Counted from the stretch's first letter, positions 1 to 8,978 are shown. The stretch is DNA of 64,000 nt from an uncultured bacterium (GCA_964648945.1 CAZYLU010000002.1:117346-181345), one strand, 5' to 3'. Notes: generated by a model from the sequence alone, not told the origin. Numbers and translations are program-made.

Positions 1-902
1 ATCTCCTCGCGCGCAAGGACCCTCGCTTGCTCGAGGCTCGCGAATACTATGCGACGCTCTTACACGTGCGCATTCGTAACTTCGCGCTCTTCGCCGAACC
101 GCTCTCGCCTGCCGAAACGCTGCGCTATCTCAACGAGTTCTACACGATCGTCGGTCAGGCTGTCGGACGGCATCGTGGCTTTATCGAAAGCCTTCGTGGT
201 GATACGGTCGTCGCCGTTTTCGGGGTGCTCATCGAAGAGCGCTTTCAAGAAGAACGTGCGCTTCGCGCAGCACTCGACATTATGCGCGTCGTCGCTGCGA
301 TGGAATCGCGGTGGCGCGAACAGCAGCGTAAATCGTTCACCATCGGCATCGGCGTGAATTCCGGCAAGATCGTCGCCGGCGATACCGGCTACAAAGACCG
401 CCGCGAATTTTCGATCATCGGCAATCCCGCGCAGGTTGCGGCGCAATTGGAAGCCGCATCGGAAGAGCTGAACGCCTCGATCGTCGCTTCGCAGGCAACC
501 TACGACGCCGTTCGCGATCTCTTCATCGGCATTCCGACCTCGACGCTTCCGCTCAAAGGACTGCGCCGTCTGCAAAACGCGTACATCGTGCGCGGGTTGA
601 GCAAGCGCGCAACCGAAGACAATTTACTGACGCTTCCGTCGCAACGCTCGTTTTCGACAACCGTCGTGCGCACGTACGAACCTCCCGAGCCTACTGCCGT
701 CGAAGCCGATGCCTACATCGCGCCGAACGCCGCCTCTGCGCAGACGCCGATCGTCGACGAACGCGTTACGGGAATGGGCGCGGCACCCGTCTTCGGTCAT
801 TTCTCACGCTACGACGACGACACACCCGCATTTCCCCAACCCCCGCCGGTCGTCGGCACGTATGAAGACGATCAAGGCCCACCGGTCCAGCTACCGCCGT
901 AG
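1..902 (+). CDS. class III adenylate/guanylate cyclase catalytic-domain protein (5' end outside window)
   Basis: The frame is open from nt 3, so the gene starts upstream of the window. Cyclase signatures: FIESLRGDTVVAVFG, IGIGVNSGKIVAGDTG, EFSIIGNPAQVAAQLE. Pro-rich tail. Stop TAG at 900-902. Confidence 0.8.
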   Translation, partial: LLARKDPRLLEAREYYATLLHVRIRNFALFAEPLSPAETLRYLNEFYTIVGQAVGRHRGFIESLRGDTVVAVFGVLIEERFQEERALRAALDIMRVVAAMESRWREQQRKSFTIGIGVNSGKIVAGDTGYKDRREFSIIGNPAQVAAQLEAASEELNASIVASQATYDAVRDLFIGIPTSTLPLKGLRRLQNAYIVRGLSKRATEDNLLTLPSQRSFSTTVVRTYEPPEPTAVEADAYIAPNAASAQTPIVDERVTGMGAAPVFGHFSRYDDDTPAFPQPPPVVGTYEDDQGPPVQLPP

Positions 903-907
903 CTCTT

Positions 908-1016
908 GTCATCCTGAGCGAAGCGCGCGAAGCGTGCGCAGTCGAAGGATCGCCTCAAGAGAAACGCACGTCGCGGTCCTTCGACTCCGGTGCTGCGCAC
1001 CTGCGCTCAGGATGAC
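908..1016. repeat. REP-like imperfect palindromic element, full copy 1
   Basis: Left arm GTCATCCTGAGCG...AGTCGAAGGATCGCC. Right arm GTCCTTCGACTCC...CGCTCAGGATGAC. It lies between the convergent cyclase and cobB genes and begins 5 nt after the cyclase stop. Confidence 0.8.
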
Positions 1017-1726
1017 AGATGCTCAACGAGGTTTGTGAGCGTTTCGCCGGCGGTGCCGCGTAGGGAGCAGTCGACGCCGTTGGTAATGGGCGTTGCTTCG
1101 GGGTTGATTTCGGCGACGTAGGCGTTTCGCGCGTAGTGCGTGGCAAGCGCGGCAGCGGGGTAGACGACCGCGCTTGTTCCGACGACGAGGACGACGTCGG
1201 CGCGCGATGCAGCGGCCGCGGCTTCTTCCCATGCCGCACGGGGAAGAGATTCGCCGAACCAGACGATATCGGGGCGCATGAAGCCACCGCATTCGTGCTC
1301 GATGTCTTCAAGCGGTAAGCCCGTTGCATCCAACGATCGCCGCGCATCGCATCGGGTACACCGTGCAATGCGGAGCGAACCGTGCAGTTCGAGTAAGTGT
1401 CGCGTGCCCGCGCGCAGATGAAGCGAGTCGACGTTCTGCGTTGCCAGCGTGAAATCCCGAACGCGGCGTTCGAGCTCGACGAGCGCGTAGTGTCCCGCGT
1501 TCGGTTGCGCGCGACGGTGCACCGCGTTGCGCTCGTTGTACCACGTCCACACCAGTTGTGGGTCGCGCGCGAACCCCTGCGGCGACGCGAGCTCTTCGAC
1601 GCGATGCGTGCGCCACAACCCACCGACGCCGCGAAAGGTCGGCAGACCGCTCTCGGCCGAGATACCGGAACCGGTCAAAACGAATACGGAGGTCGCTTCA
1701 GCTAAGCGGCGGACGAGTTCTTCCAT
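1007..1726 (-). CDS. cobB: NAD-dependent protein deacylase, Sir2/CobB family
   Basis: Motifs VFVLTGSGISAESGLPTFRG, QNVDSLHLRAG, ELHGS, CTRC, VVGTSAVVYPAA. The track ORF runs to 1906, but ATG at 1726 (MEELVRRL) gives the usual ~240 aa. The last codons and the stop lie inside the REP copy. Confidence 0.85.
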   Translation of the reverse strand: MEELVRRLAEATSVFVLTGSGISAESGLPTFRGVGGLWRTHRVEELASPQGFARDPQLVWTWYNERNAVHRRAQPNAGHYALVELERRVRDFTLATQNVDSLHLRAGTRHLLELHGSLRIARCTRCDARRSLDATGLPLEDIEHECGGFMRPDIVWFGESLPRAAWEEAAAAASRADVVLVVGTSAVVYPAAALATHYARNAYVAEINPEATPITNGVDCSLRGTAGETLTNLVEHLSS

Positions 1727-1822
1727 TCGCTCCGCCTTCGCGAGCGCATCGCGAGAATCTGCCGCGGCGTTTCGCACGTTGTCGTTTCGAGGGCACGGCG
1801 CGAGGGGAGCGAAGGGAGGACG

Positions 1823-2359
1823 GTGATTCAAGACGCCGAGCGTCTCATGGTACGGGTGTGCGAACGCGATGCGGACGCGTTTGAGGCGTTGTACGATGCG
1901 CATCACCGTCTGGTGTATGGCTTGGCTGCCCGCATGCTCAGCGATGCAGCTAGCGCGGAGGACGTAACGCAGGCGGTATTTTTGAAGATATGGACGGCAC
2001 CGGAGCTCTTCCGAGGGGGAAACTTCTCGGCATGGATCGCGCGCATGACACGCAATCGCACGCTTGACGTTCTGCGCGCGCGAAGCACGCGCAGCGAAGC
2101 TGAACTTCCCGAGGCGCTACCAGAACAGACGGCGATGGAAGATACGGCATTTGCAAACATCGACGCCGGCATCGTTCGTAACGCGCTTGCCGCACTGCCC
2201 GCGGAACAGCGCGAACCGATCGAACTCGGTTTCTTCGGCGGCAACACGCACGAAGAAATTGCACGGCGAAGCGGCATTCCACTCGGTACCATCAAAACTC
2301 GGATACGGATGGGTTTGAAGAAATTGCGTTCGGCGCTCGAGGGAACGGTGACGGTATGA
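1823..2359 (+). CDS. ECF (sigma-70 family group 4) RNA polymerase sigma factor
   Basis: Region 2 (DVTQAVFLKIW, FSAWIARMTRNRTLDVLR) and region 4 (LPAEQREPIELGFFGGNTHEEIARRSGIPLGTIKTRIRMGLKKLR). Its stop overlaps the next gene's start. Confidence 0.9.
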   Translation: MIQDAERLMVRVCERDADAFEALYDAHHRLVYGLAARMLSDAASAEDVTQAVFLKIWTAPELFRGGNFSAWIARMTRNRTLDVLRARSTRSEAELPEALPEQTAMEDTAFANIDAGIVRNALAALPAEQREPIELGFFGGNTHEEIARRSGIPLGTIKTRIRMGLKKLRSALEGTVTV

Positions 2360-3123
2360 ACGGCTCGCATGCCGACATGCTCGACGACGTTGCTGTCTAT
2401 GCGCTCGGAACGCTGCCCGAGCATGAAGCGCAACGCGTTCGCCGGCATCTCGAAACCTGCGCCGAGTGCCGCGCGGAGTATGAGGCGCTCACGCCGGCGG
2501 TAACCGCCGTTGCGCGAAGCGCCGAAGCGTGTGCCGATGCGGCGAACGGGGCGGTCTATGCATCGCCGCTGCTTAAAGCGCGCGTCATGCGAGAGGTTCG
2601 CAGAACAGAACCGCAGCCGCAGACGCAAGCGCGCGTGCCGCAACGTAATTCACTTGTGTGGTTGGCCTACGCCGTTGCAGCCGCGTGTCTCATCATTGCG
2701 CTCGCGCTCGGATGGTCGAATCTTTCCCTGACAAAACGGCTGCATACAATAGAATCGCCGGCGGCGCCCATTGCGCACACGCAGTCGCTCGATGAAACGA
2801 CGATCGCCGATCTGGTGAACGAACGCGCGAAACGGTACATCGTGCCGGGCGGTGAGATCGTCAAATCAAACAACCGTCTCTATATCGCGATGCACGATCT
2901 GCCGCAGCCGCCGCAAGGCAAAGTCTATCAGGCGTGGACCGAGGCAAAAGGCTCAAAGACGATGACGCCCGGCTCGACCTTCGTCCCGGACAAACGCGGC
3001 GTCGCGATCCTTCCGGTGTCATCGAATGCCGGCGCGCTCCACGCCGTTGCGGTGAGCGTCGAGCCGCCCGGCGGCAGCAAGGCGCCCACGACGTCACCCG
3101 TCGTTCTCGAACTACTGGAGTAA
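2356..3123 (+). CDS. anti-sigma factor (zf-HC2 N-terminus, one TM helix, RskA-like C-terminal domain)
   Basis: HLETCAECRAEYEAL zinc-finger motif. TM helix LVWLAYAVAAACLIIALALGW. C-terminus KVYQAWTEAKG...AVAVSVEPPGGSKAPT is typical of anti-sigma-K-like proteins. Start overlaps the sigma gene stop (ATGA). Confidence 0.8.
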   Translation: MNGSHADMLDDVAVYALGTLPEHEAQRVRRHLETCAECRAEYEALTPAVTAVARSAEACADAANGAVYASPLLKARVMREVRRTEPQPQTQARVPQRNSLVWLAYAVAAACLIIALALGWSNLSLTKRLHTIESPAAPIAHTQSLDETTIADLVNERAKRYIVPGGEIVKSNNRLYIAMHDLPQPPQGKVYQAWTEAKGSKTMTPGSTFVPDKRGVAILPVSSNAGALHAVAVSVEPPGGSKAPTTSPVVLELLE

Positions 3124-3947
3124 TGATTCGAACGGAACCGCTCTCCGGTGCGCTCGAAGCGGCGGCCCTTGCGTATCTTGCGCGTGCACCGTACGATCAC
3201 GTCTTTCTGACGTACCTGATTCTCTTCGACGTCGCCGCTTCGACACGTAACATGATTCGCGTCGTCGTCGATGCCAACGGCACCGTTACCGGCGTCGGCT
3301 ATTTCGGGCGTCAAGTCGTACTCGCCGCGGATGATGATGCAACGATCGAAAAGCTCGCCGAAGCTGGCCGTTCGTTTCGCGGCGAACGGATGATTGTCGG
3401 TCCGCGTGCGACCATCGCACGCTACTGGGACGTCATTCGCGACGGACACCCGGCGCCGCGCCTCGTTCGCGACCGGCAATTCGTGATGATGCTCGACCGT
3501 TCGATGCTGCGTCCCTACGAGCACAGCGTGGTCGCGCGACGCGCACGCATCGACGAATGGATGACGGTTGCGGATAATTCCGCGCTCATGATCGGACAGG
3601 AGCTAGAGTACGATCCGCGCCGCTCATCGCCCGAATTTACGTCGAACGTCCGCGCGATGATCGACCGCGGACTCTGGTGGGTCGGCGAGTCCTACGGCCG
3701 CCTCTGTTTCTTCTGCAACATCGGGCCGTGGAGCCCGCAAACCGCGCAGTTGCAAGGCATCTGGACCCCCGAAGAGTTGCGCGGCAAAGGCCTTGCGACC
3801 GAAGCCCTCAGCGCCATCTCGGATCGTTTGCTCACGATGTCGCCGACACTTTCACTCTACGTCAACGACTTCAACACACGCGCAATCGCCTTATACGAAC
3901 GCGTAGGCTTTAAAACCGTTTCCGAGTTTCAGACGCTATTGTTTTAG
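3123..3947 (+). CDS. GNAT family N-acetyltransferase
   Basis: ATG at 3123 overlaps the anti-sigma stop (TAATG). C-terminal GNAT core QGIWTPEELRGKGLATEALSAISDRLL...NTRAIALYERVGFK. Confidence 0.75.
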   Translation: MIRTEPLSGALEAAALAYLARAPYDHVFLTYLILFDVAASTRNMIRVVVDANGTVTGVGYFGRQVVLAADDDATIEKLAEAGRSFRGERMIVGPRATIARYWDVIRDGHPAPRLVRDRQFVMMLDRSMLRPYEHSVVARRARIDEWMTVADNSALMIGQELEYDPRRSSPEFTSNVRAMIDRGLWWVGESYGRLCFFCNIGPWSPQTAQLQGIWTPEELRGKGLATEALSAISDRLLTMSPTLSLYVNDFNTRAIALYERVGFKTVSEFQTLLF

Positions 3948-3954
3948 CGCCCCT

Positions 3955-4002
3955 GTCATCCTGAGCGCAGGTGCGAAGCACCGGAGTCGAAGGATCGCCT
4001 CG
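3955..4002. repeat. REP-like element, half copy (left arm only)
   Basis: GTCATCCTGAGCGCAGGTGCGAAGCACCGGAGTCGAAGGATCGCCTC begins 7 nt after the GNAT stop. No recognisable right arm. Confidence 0.7.
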
Positions 4003-4004
4003 AA

Positions 4005-4190
4005 TTACGGATTGCGGTGCGTGATACGGTCCTCCACGTTGTGCACGCCGGTTTGTACGGCGCGTTCCGTGTTGGTTACGAGACTGACGATCCAGCGGAT
4101 TGTGGCCACGACGCCGATGATGGCGAAGATGAAGATAATGAAGAACAGCCACGCCGCGGTTTCTGCAAGACGAACGAGTGCGTGTTCCAT
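4005..4190 (-). CDS. small hypothetical membrane protein (61 aa)
   Basis: One clear hydrophobic helix, WLFFIIFIFAIIGVVATIRWIV. Weak RBS. It overlaps the tail of the 4076-4570 ORF, so one of the two models is wrong at this end. Confidence 0.4.
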   Translation of the reverse strand: MEHALVRLAETAAWLFFIIFIFAIIGVVATIRWIVSLVTNTERAVQTGVHNVEDRITHRNP

Positions 4191-4570
4191 AGTGAGTGCC
4201 CGCTTAGGCGCTTACGGGTACGCGACCTCTTAAAAGCGCAGCTAATTCCGCTGGCCGATCGGACGGCACGAAAAATACGAAGTCTGCGCCGCCTTTCGGA
4301 TTCAGGAACGGCCTCGGAATCGGAGATTGTATCGAGTGGAATTTCGATCGAGGCGAAGGCACCGAAGTGGATGGTAAAGGTCGTGTCACTCAGTTCGTGC
4401 GGTTTCGTCGCCATGGTGCCGTAAGCGCCGCACAGCCATAGGCCAGTGAGGAGTTCGATGAGGTCGAGGGCGAGATTGAGCGGCGTGAATTTTGGCGCCA
4501 TCAAGAGATGGCGGAAGAACGCGTCCGGAATGAATCCGAGAAGTAGGATGAGGCCGAAGATGCCAATCAT
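4076..4570 (-). CDS. hypothetical membrane-anchored protein; 3' end and frame uncertain
   Basis: From ATG 4570 the sequence MIGIFGLILLLGFIPDAFF...TFTIHFGAFASIEIPLD looks coding. The last ~70 aa are Arg/Ser-rich junk-like. An alternative frame ending at TAA 4204 reads KGGADFVFFVPSDRPAELAALL. This suggests a possible frameshift near 4290-4310. Confidence 0.3.
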   Translation of the reverse strand: MIGIFGLILLLGFIPDAFFRHLLMAPKFTPLNLALDLIELLTGLWLCGAYGTMATKPHELSDTTFTIHFGAFASIEIPLDTISDSEAVPESERRRRLRIFRAVRSASGISCAFKRSRTRKRLSGHSLWNTHSFVLQKPRRGCSSLSSSSPSSASWPQSAGSSVS

Positions 4571-4674
4571 GTTCTTCTCGACGTAGGTCAGCGGCGAGGG
4601 TTTCGGTACAGCGAACGTTGCGCGCAATCCGCTGCGCGCGTTCGCGATGACAAGGGCGTCCGTGCGAAATGGTC

Positions 4675-4935
4675 CTATCGGCGTGCCTCCAAGTTTTTTC
4701 CGACGATTGCCACGATGATGCACAGAAATCCGGCCAATCGCATCAAGTAGATTGCCGGCGTTTGGGCTTCGGGCGTGTTCATGATGCCTAGGACGAAACG
4801 TTCGACGGCGAAGATTACGAACGCAATCGCGAAGAGCGGGAAAAGACGGTCGTGCGTCTTGCGACCGAGGCGTTGGAAAAACATCGCTGCGACGAGACAG
4901 CCCATTGCGACCACGCCGTTGACGAACAGGTACAT
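4675..4935 (-). CDS. small 3-TM membrane protein (86 aa), paralog-like partner of the upstream gene
   Basis: MYLFVNGVVAMGCLVAAMFF...LMRLAGFLCIIVAIVGKNL. Its start overlaps the upstream stop (TGATG at 4933-4937). Confidence 0.6.
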   Translation of the reverse strand: MYLFVNGVVAMGCLVAAMFFQRLGRKTHDRLFPLFAIAFVIFAVERFVLGIMNTPEAQTPAIYLMRLAGFLCIIVAIVGKNLEARR

Positions 4936-5207
4936 CAGCGCACGGCCTCGCGAACGAGCGCATAGCACAGGATGATGACGCCGATTGCGCTCGGAATTGC
5001 CCGGATCGGAGCTAAGCTCGATACGTTCGGGAAGACGTACGTATCGATATCGATGAGCAGCAAGATGTTGTTCAAAGTGAAGCACCCAAAGCAGACCGCG
5101 CTCCAAAGAAGCAGCGGCACCCGCGAGCGCGAGTACCCGCGCGCAAGCAGAACCGTACAAGCAAGACTCGTCAACGTACACAACAGATTGACGGCGTCAG
5201 CGATCAT
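4935..5207 (-). CDS. small 3-TM membrane protein (90 aa)
   Basis: Hydrophobic throughout (LLCTLTSLACTVLLA, LLLWSAVCFGCFTLNNILLLI, AIGVIILCYALV). Overlaps the upstream wHTH gene by 11 nt. Confidence 0.6.
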   Translation of the reverse strand: MIADAVNLLCTLTSLACTVLLARGYSRSRVPLLLWSAVCFGCFTLNNILLLIDIDTYVFPNVSSLAPIRAIPSAIGVIILCYALVREAVR

Positions 5208-5628
5208 CGTCCTCTCCCCACAACCGGAATGCGTCCGCGAAGGTACGCGCAGAGTCGATCGGGCCGGTAAAGATGGCCTCGATCAAGCGAACCCGCCGGT
5301 GTTCGTACTCGCGCTCGAGCTCGTCCACCGTGGCATCGTGTTTTCCATGACGGTATCGGTATCCGTTGCCATCGGCCTCGACGAGCCTCGATCGCAACAA
5401 GTCCCGCAGTCGTTGCGCAACGGAGTTCCCCGTCCGGCGCAATTCCACGCTTGTCTCATCCGCCGTCCATACGCGCTGCGGACACGCGTGTAATAGCAGC
5501 AAAATCTCGACGTGTTCGACGGAGGCGATGGACCGATGTATGAGCGCGCGTAGTTCAGGCGAGAGATCCACTGGACGGCGCTCTGCTTGTCGCGCTTCCG
5601 GCAATCCTTGTTTTAACGAGAAATACAA
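5197..5628 (-). CDS. hypothetical cytoplasmic protein, probable winged-helix regulator
   Basis: 143 aa and charged. HVEILLLLHACPQRVWTADETSVELRRTGNSVAQRLRDLLRSRLV resembles a MarR/ArsR-like wHTH. First gene of a 3-gene overlapping operon. Confidence 0.55.
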   Translation of the reverse strand: MYFSLKQGLPEARQAERRPVDLSPELRALIHRSIASVEHVEILLLLHACPQRVWTADETSVELRRTGNSVAQRLRDLLRSRLVEADGNGYRYRHGKHDATVDELEREYEHRRVRLIEAIFTGPIDSARTFADAFRLWGEDDDR

Positions 5629-5705
5629 GCGAGTTGATGACTTAGGTCCATGAGCGGGAGCGTCACAGCCGCGTACGGAACCGCGCTCGTGTACGTCGGA
5701 GGACT

Positions 5706-6416
5706 TTGCTCATGGCCGTGGCTCATGCCGTTCTTCATCTCACGCTCTGCAGCGCGATGATGCACGCACCATCCGGTACGACGATGGATGTCAAACTACA
5801 CGCAACCGACCATACCGGGCGTCAAACATACGACCGAAGTTTCAGTTTTCAACACGGTCAGAGCGATCAGCAGACGGTCGAATTCGATTCGCCTCGCGGC
5901 GTCTTCTTTATGGCGCTTACGGCGCCGAGATACAACTGCAACGCTGCGGGATTCCAAGTCTTTATCGATGGCGAATCGCGCAACATGAACGTGACGCTGG
6001 CGCAAGGGAAACCACAAGTGCGTCAGCCGACGCTGCTCGTCGGTACGGCGCCGGCCGCATTTCTCTACGAACAGCCGACGTTCGTGCTGCTCGACAAGAG
6101 CATCGATTGTGGCAAGCCTGTCGACTCAACGCTGGACGCCAATATCGAAAGCGAGTACGATCCCGGCTCGTTCCACTTGTGGCTTTATCCGACAGCCGAT
6201 ATCATGAGGCGCGGTTCGGTAACGCTCGCATTCAAAGTCACGAGCTCAACCGGCGACGATCAATTCGTGCGCCTTAAGTTCCCTTATCCGCGTCCGTGGA
6301 CCGGATGGCCGTACACGATTCAATTCAATTTGCCCGAAGGCGTCATGGACGAACTCGCAACGGAGCAAAAAGGAATACTGCTCTGTCCGAAAATCTACGA
6401 AACCTCAGGAGGATAG
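5706..6416 (+). CDS. hypothetical protein (236 aa)
   Basis: Long ORF with balanced composition and no recognisable motif. The last 14 codons and the stop lie inside MITE-like repeat copy 1. Confidence 0.55.
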   Translation: MLMAVAHAVLHLTLCSAMMHAPSGTTMDVKLHATDHTGRQTYDRSFSFQHGQSDQQTVEFDSPRGVFFMALTAPRYNCNAAGFQVFIDGESRNMNVTLAQGKPQVRQPTLLVGTAPAAFLYEQPTFVLLDKSIDCGKPVDSTLDANIESEYDPGSFHLWLYPTADIMRRGSVTLAFKVTSSTGDDQFVRLKFPYPRPWTGWPYTIQFNLPEGVMDELATEQKGILLCPKIYETSGG

Positions 6417-6528
6417 ACCTGACGAGACGCTCCCATTGCGTCCCACGAATCGCCCTAAAGACTGCAAGTGAGTACGCGGCATCCGAAAAATCACCATAGA
6501 TACGCGATTTCGCCGATTTGGACTGAGA
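6372..6528 (+). mobile_element. MITE-like 157-bp dispersed repeat, copy 1 (full)
   Basis: About 88% identical by eye to copy 3 (14646-14802). Imperfect terminal inverted repeats: CTCTGTCCGAAAATCTACGAAA versus the reverse complement of the 3' end CTCAGTCCAAATCGGCGAAA. Invariant hairpin GGACGC-TCCCATT-GCGTCC. Confidence 0.7.
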
Positions 6529-6944
6529 TGGACGAAGTGGTGAAACGTTGATTTCGCGACCGCGCGTCCCATCGTGCCTTCGCTCGAACAAGGTTCGCCT
6601 TCGATCGCAACGGCAATGTTGAAACGCCGTCCCGTAGTCGGCAACATGGACATCGACGAGGCAGCTTCTGTCGACGCCGACCCTTGATTTCCGCTTCAGG
6701 GGACGACGGCGGCGTGCGGCGCATTTGGCTTTCGAGTTGCGGCCGCGTAATCGACTTCGGAAACTTGCCTCGCCATCACGTGGCGGCCGCCACCGCAGTC
6801 TGCGCGCACTTTGAAGCGGTAAGGTAGCCTACCGTTCGTTTGCATACGCCGTAAGCCGCAGGGAATAGCGGGCTATCGCAGCTCATCGGCCTTCCCACAT
6901 TGGCGTATAGTTGCACTGCATCTCGAAAAGCGGAGTCGACGCAG

Positions 6945-8410
6945 ATGTTCGAACGAAATCAGTGCTTAGCAAGTTCTCTCGCTGGGGCGTTATTTGCGTT
7001 ACTGGCGACACTCGTAGCATGCAGCGGTGGAGGAAATGGCGTTAGCCCACCGCCGGCGGCGCAGCCAAGTAATCCGCAGAGTCCCCAACAATCCGGCGTT
7101 TCAATCCCGCTTAGCGCAAGCGGGTCGTTCGCATTGCCGTCAGCTTCGGGAATTTCGAACACATTCGAGCTTTCCGGCAACAATGCACCGGCCGGCGCAG
7201 CGCTGACCGTAAGCGTAGCGACCGTTTCCCCTTCGACGATGCACGGCATCCCCGCTCCGAATCCGACTGCTTTCGAATATCTGTCGCTGACGTCCTCAGC
7301 CGATGTTACGTTCAACACGTTTCCCAAGATTACACTGACCCTGCAATCAACGCCAGTGAGCGAGGGGCAATTCTCTGCGTGGCTTTACAACACAGCAGCA
7401 GCAACGTGGACCGATCTTGGCACCGTGACGGTATCGGGTTCGGTGATGTCGTTCGGTCCGCAGGCCAGCAATGTCGCCCTCGTACATGGCATTACCTATG
7501 TCGTTGTTCCGTTCACGTCGCAACCGGGAGCCGTATGCCCGACGCCGACTCCTGGGCCGACGCCAGCTGTCGTTACGCTGTACGTCGCGACAGGCTCGCT
7601 TAATCAAGTCGCGGCGTACGACCAAAACGGTCACCCGGTTCTTACGCCTGGGGGTTTTCCAGGGCTCTTGGCTCCGCTCGGCATTGTCTATGATTCATTC
7701 AACCACTTCCTTTATGTGCTCAACTTGCGCGCGGTTGGCACGGGAGTCACTCCTGCAGTTAACGTCTACGATGTAACCGGAAAGCCTAGAGCAACGACCG
7801 GGACGTTCTCGCTTTCGGGTGTGACTACTAGCGGCCGACTGGCGTTCGATTCGGTTACGCGCCGGCTTTATGTCGTCATTCAAAATGCCTCACTCGTCTT
7901 TTCGATGAAGGTTTTCGACGAATCAGGAAACGCGATTCCAACCAGTGGGACATTCCCAGGAATGACCAATCCCGTGGGCATCACGTTTGATCCCTCGAAT
8001 CGTCATCTCTACGTGGTGAATTCGACGTGCAGCCGGCCTCAATGCATAGAAGGCGTCACGGTCTTCGATGAGAAGGAAACCGCGTTTCAACGAGCGGTTC
8101 GTTCCCTGGCCTCAATAGTCCGAACGACATCACTTTCGATTCCTTCACCCGCAGGCTTTACGTGGCAAATTCAAACTCGGTGACCGTGTACGATGAAGAT
8201 GGCCACCAAATCGCCGTGACGGGAACATTTCCAAATCTCAGATTCCCGACCGGCATAATTTTTGATGCGGTAAACAAGCATTTGTACGTCGCCAACGCGC
8301 TCGTCCCAAATAATGCGGCCGCGTACGATGAAGAGGGCAGCTTCATCGAAAGCTTCCCGCTCAACGGCATGAACATCGAACCCATCTATTTAGCGGTCGC
8401 AGCGCCATAA
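6945..8410 (+). pseudogene. NHL/beta-propeller repeat lipoprotein interrupted by a 1-nt frameshift
   Basis: Lipoprotein signal MFERNQCLASSLAGALFALLATLVAC. Repeated units (VYD..G.....G.F.....P.GI.FD.....LYV.N). At 8073-8076 (GAGAAGGAAAC) the frame is lost. The next frame continues perfectly: GNRVSTSGSFPGLNSPNDITFDSFTRRLYVANSNSVTVYDEDGHQ... to stop 8410. Restoring a G (GG to GGG) fuses the 6900-8183 and 8162-8410 ORFs. Confidence 0.75.
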
Positions 8411-8978
8411 TGTAAATAGCGCGATCCTGCGCGCGCCATTCGTACGAATGCCGGGGGCCAGTATTTGCGTGCCCAGACCACTGGCGCTTAGGTGACAAGC
8501 CGGATTGCGCCCAGTAAAAGCCAGGCGAGTCGGGGCGACAGAGCTGAGGAGAGCGCGCAGCGTCGGAAGCAACTCGTCGTGCAGCAGCCTTCTCGTTGGC
8601 GCGAAGGGCTGTCGACGATTCGTCGCTTGTTAGCCCAGCGCGGAAACGGACGGAATATGCCCACGGGCCGCGCGTCGGGCCGCGCTCCACGCGTCAACGT
8701 CGCTCTGCTGGCAATTCTCGAGCGTTCCATCCAGTCGGCGCGAAGGGCAATTGCGCTCGCGAAGTGTGCTTTTTGTAAAATCGCTCTCACCTGGCAACAC
8801 GTCAGTCTAGGTGCCCAATCTCACAAAGGATTCTTCATTTCTACAGGATCGTTCTCATCGGAAGCGTCAGATTGACAAATCATGTCACTTTTCGCGCCAG
8901 ATGGAATTCAGACACGCCGGGCGAGAGTAAGGAGACTTATCAACGTCAGACGGCTATCGCTGTGGGCGATAACGGCAT

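Noticed and set aside
1007-1726. Sir2-domain gene as a possible anti-phage defence effector (Thoeris, DSR or similar)
   Set aside because: It is a short stand-alone CobB-type sirtuin with the full deacylase motif set. It has no partner sensor gene or extra domain, and its neighbours are housekeeping or regulatory genes.
6420-6460. CUGACGAG followed by a hairpin in MITE copy 1, reminiscent of a hammerhead ribozyme core
   Set aside because: The CUGANGA box is not conserved in copies 2 and 3 (GTGACGG, GTGAGGG). No GAAA box directly follows stem II, and no stem I / stem III pairing could be drawn.
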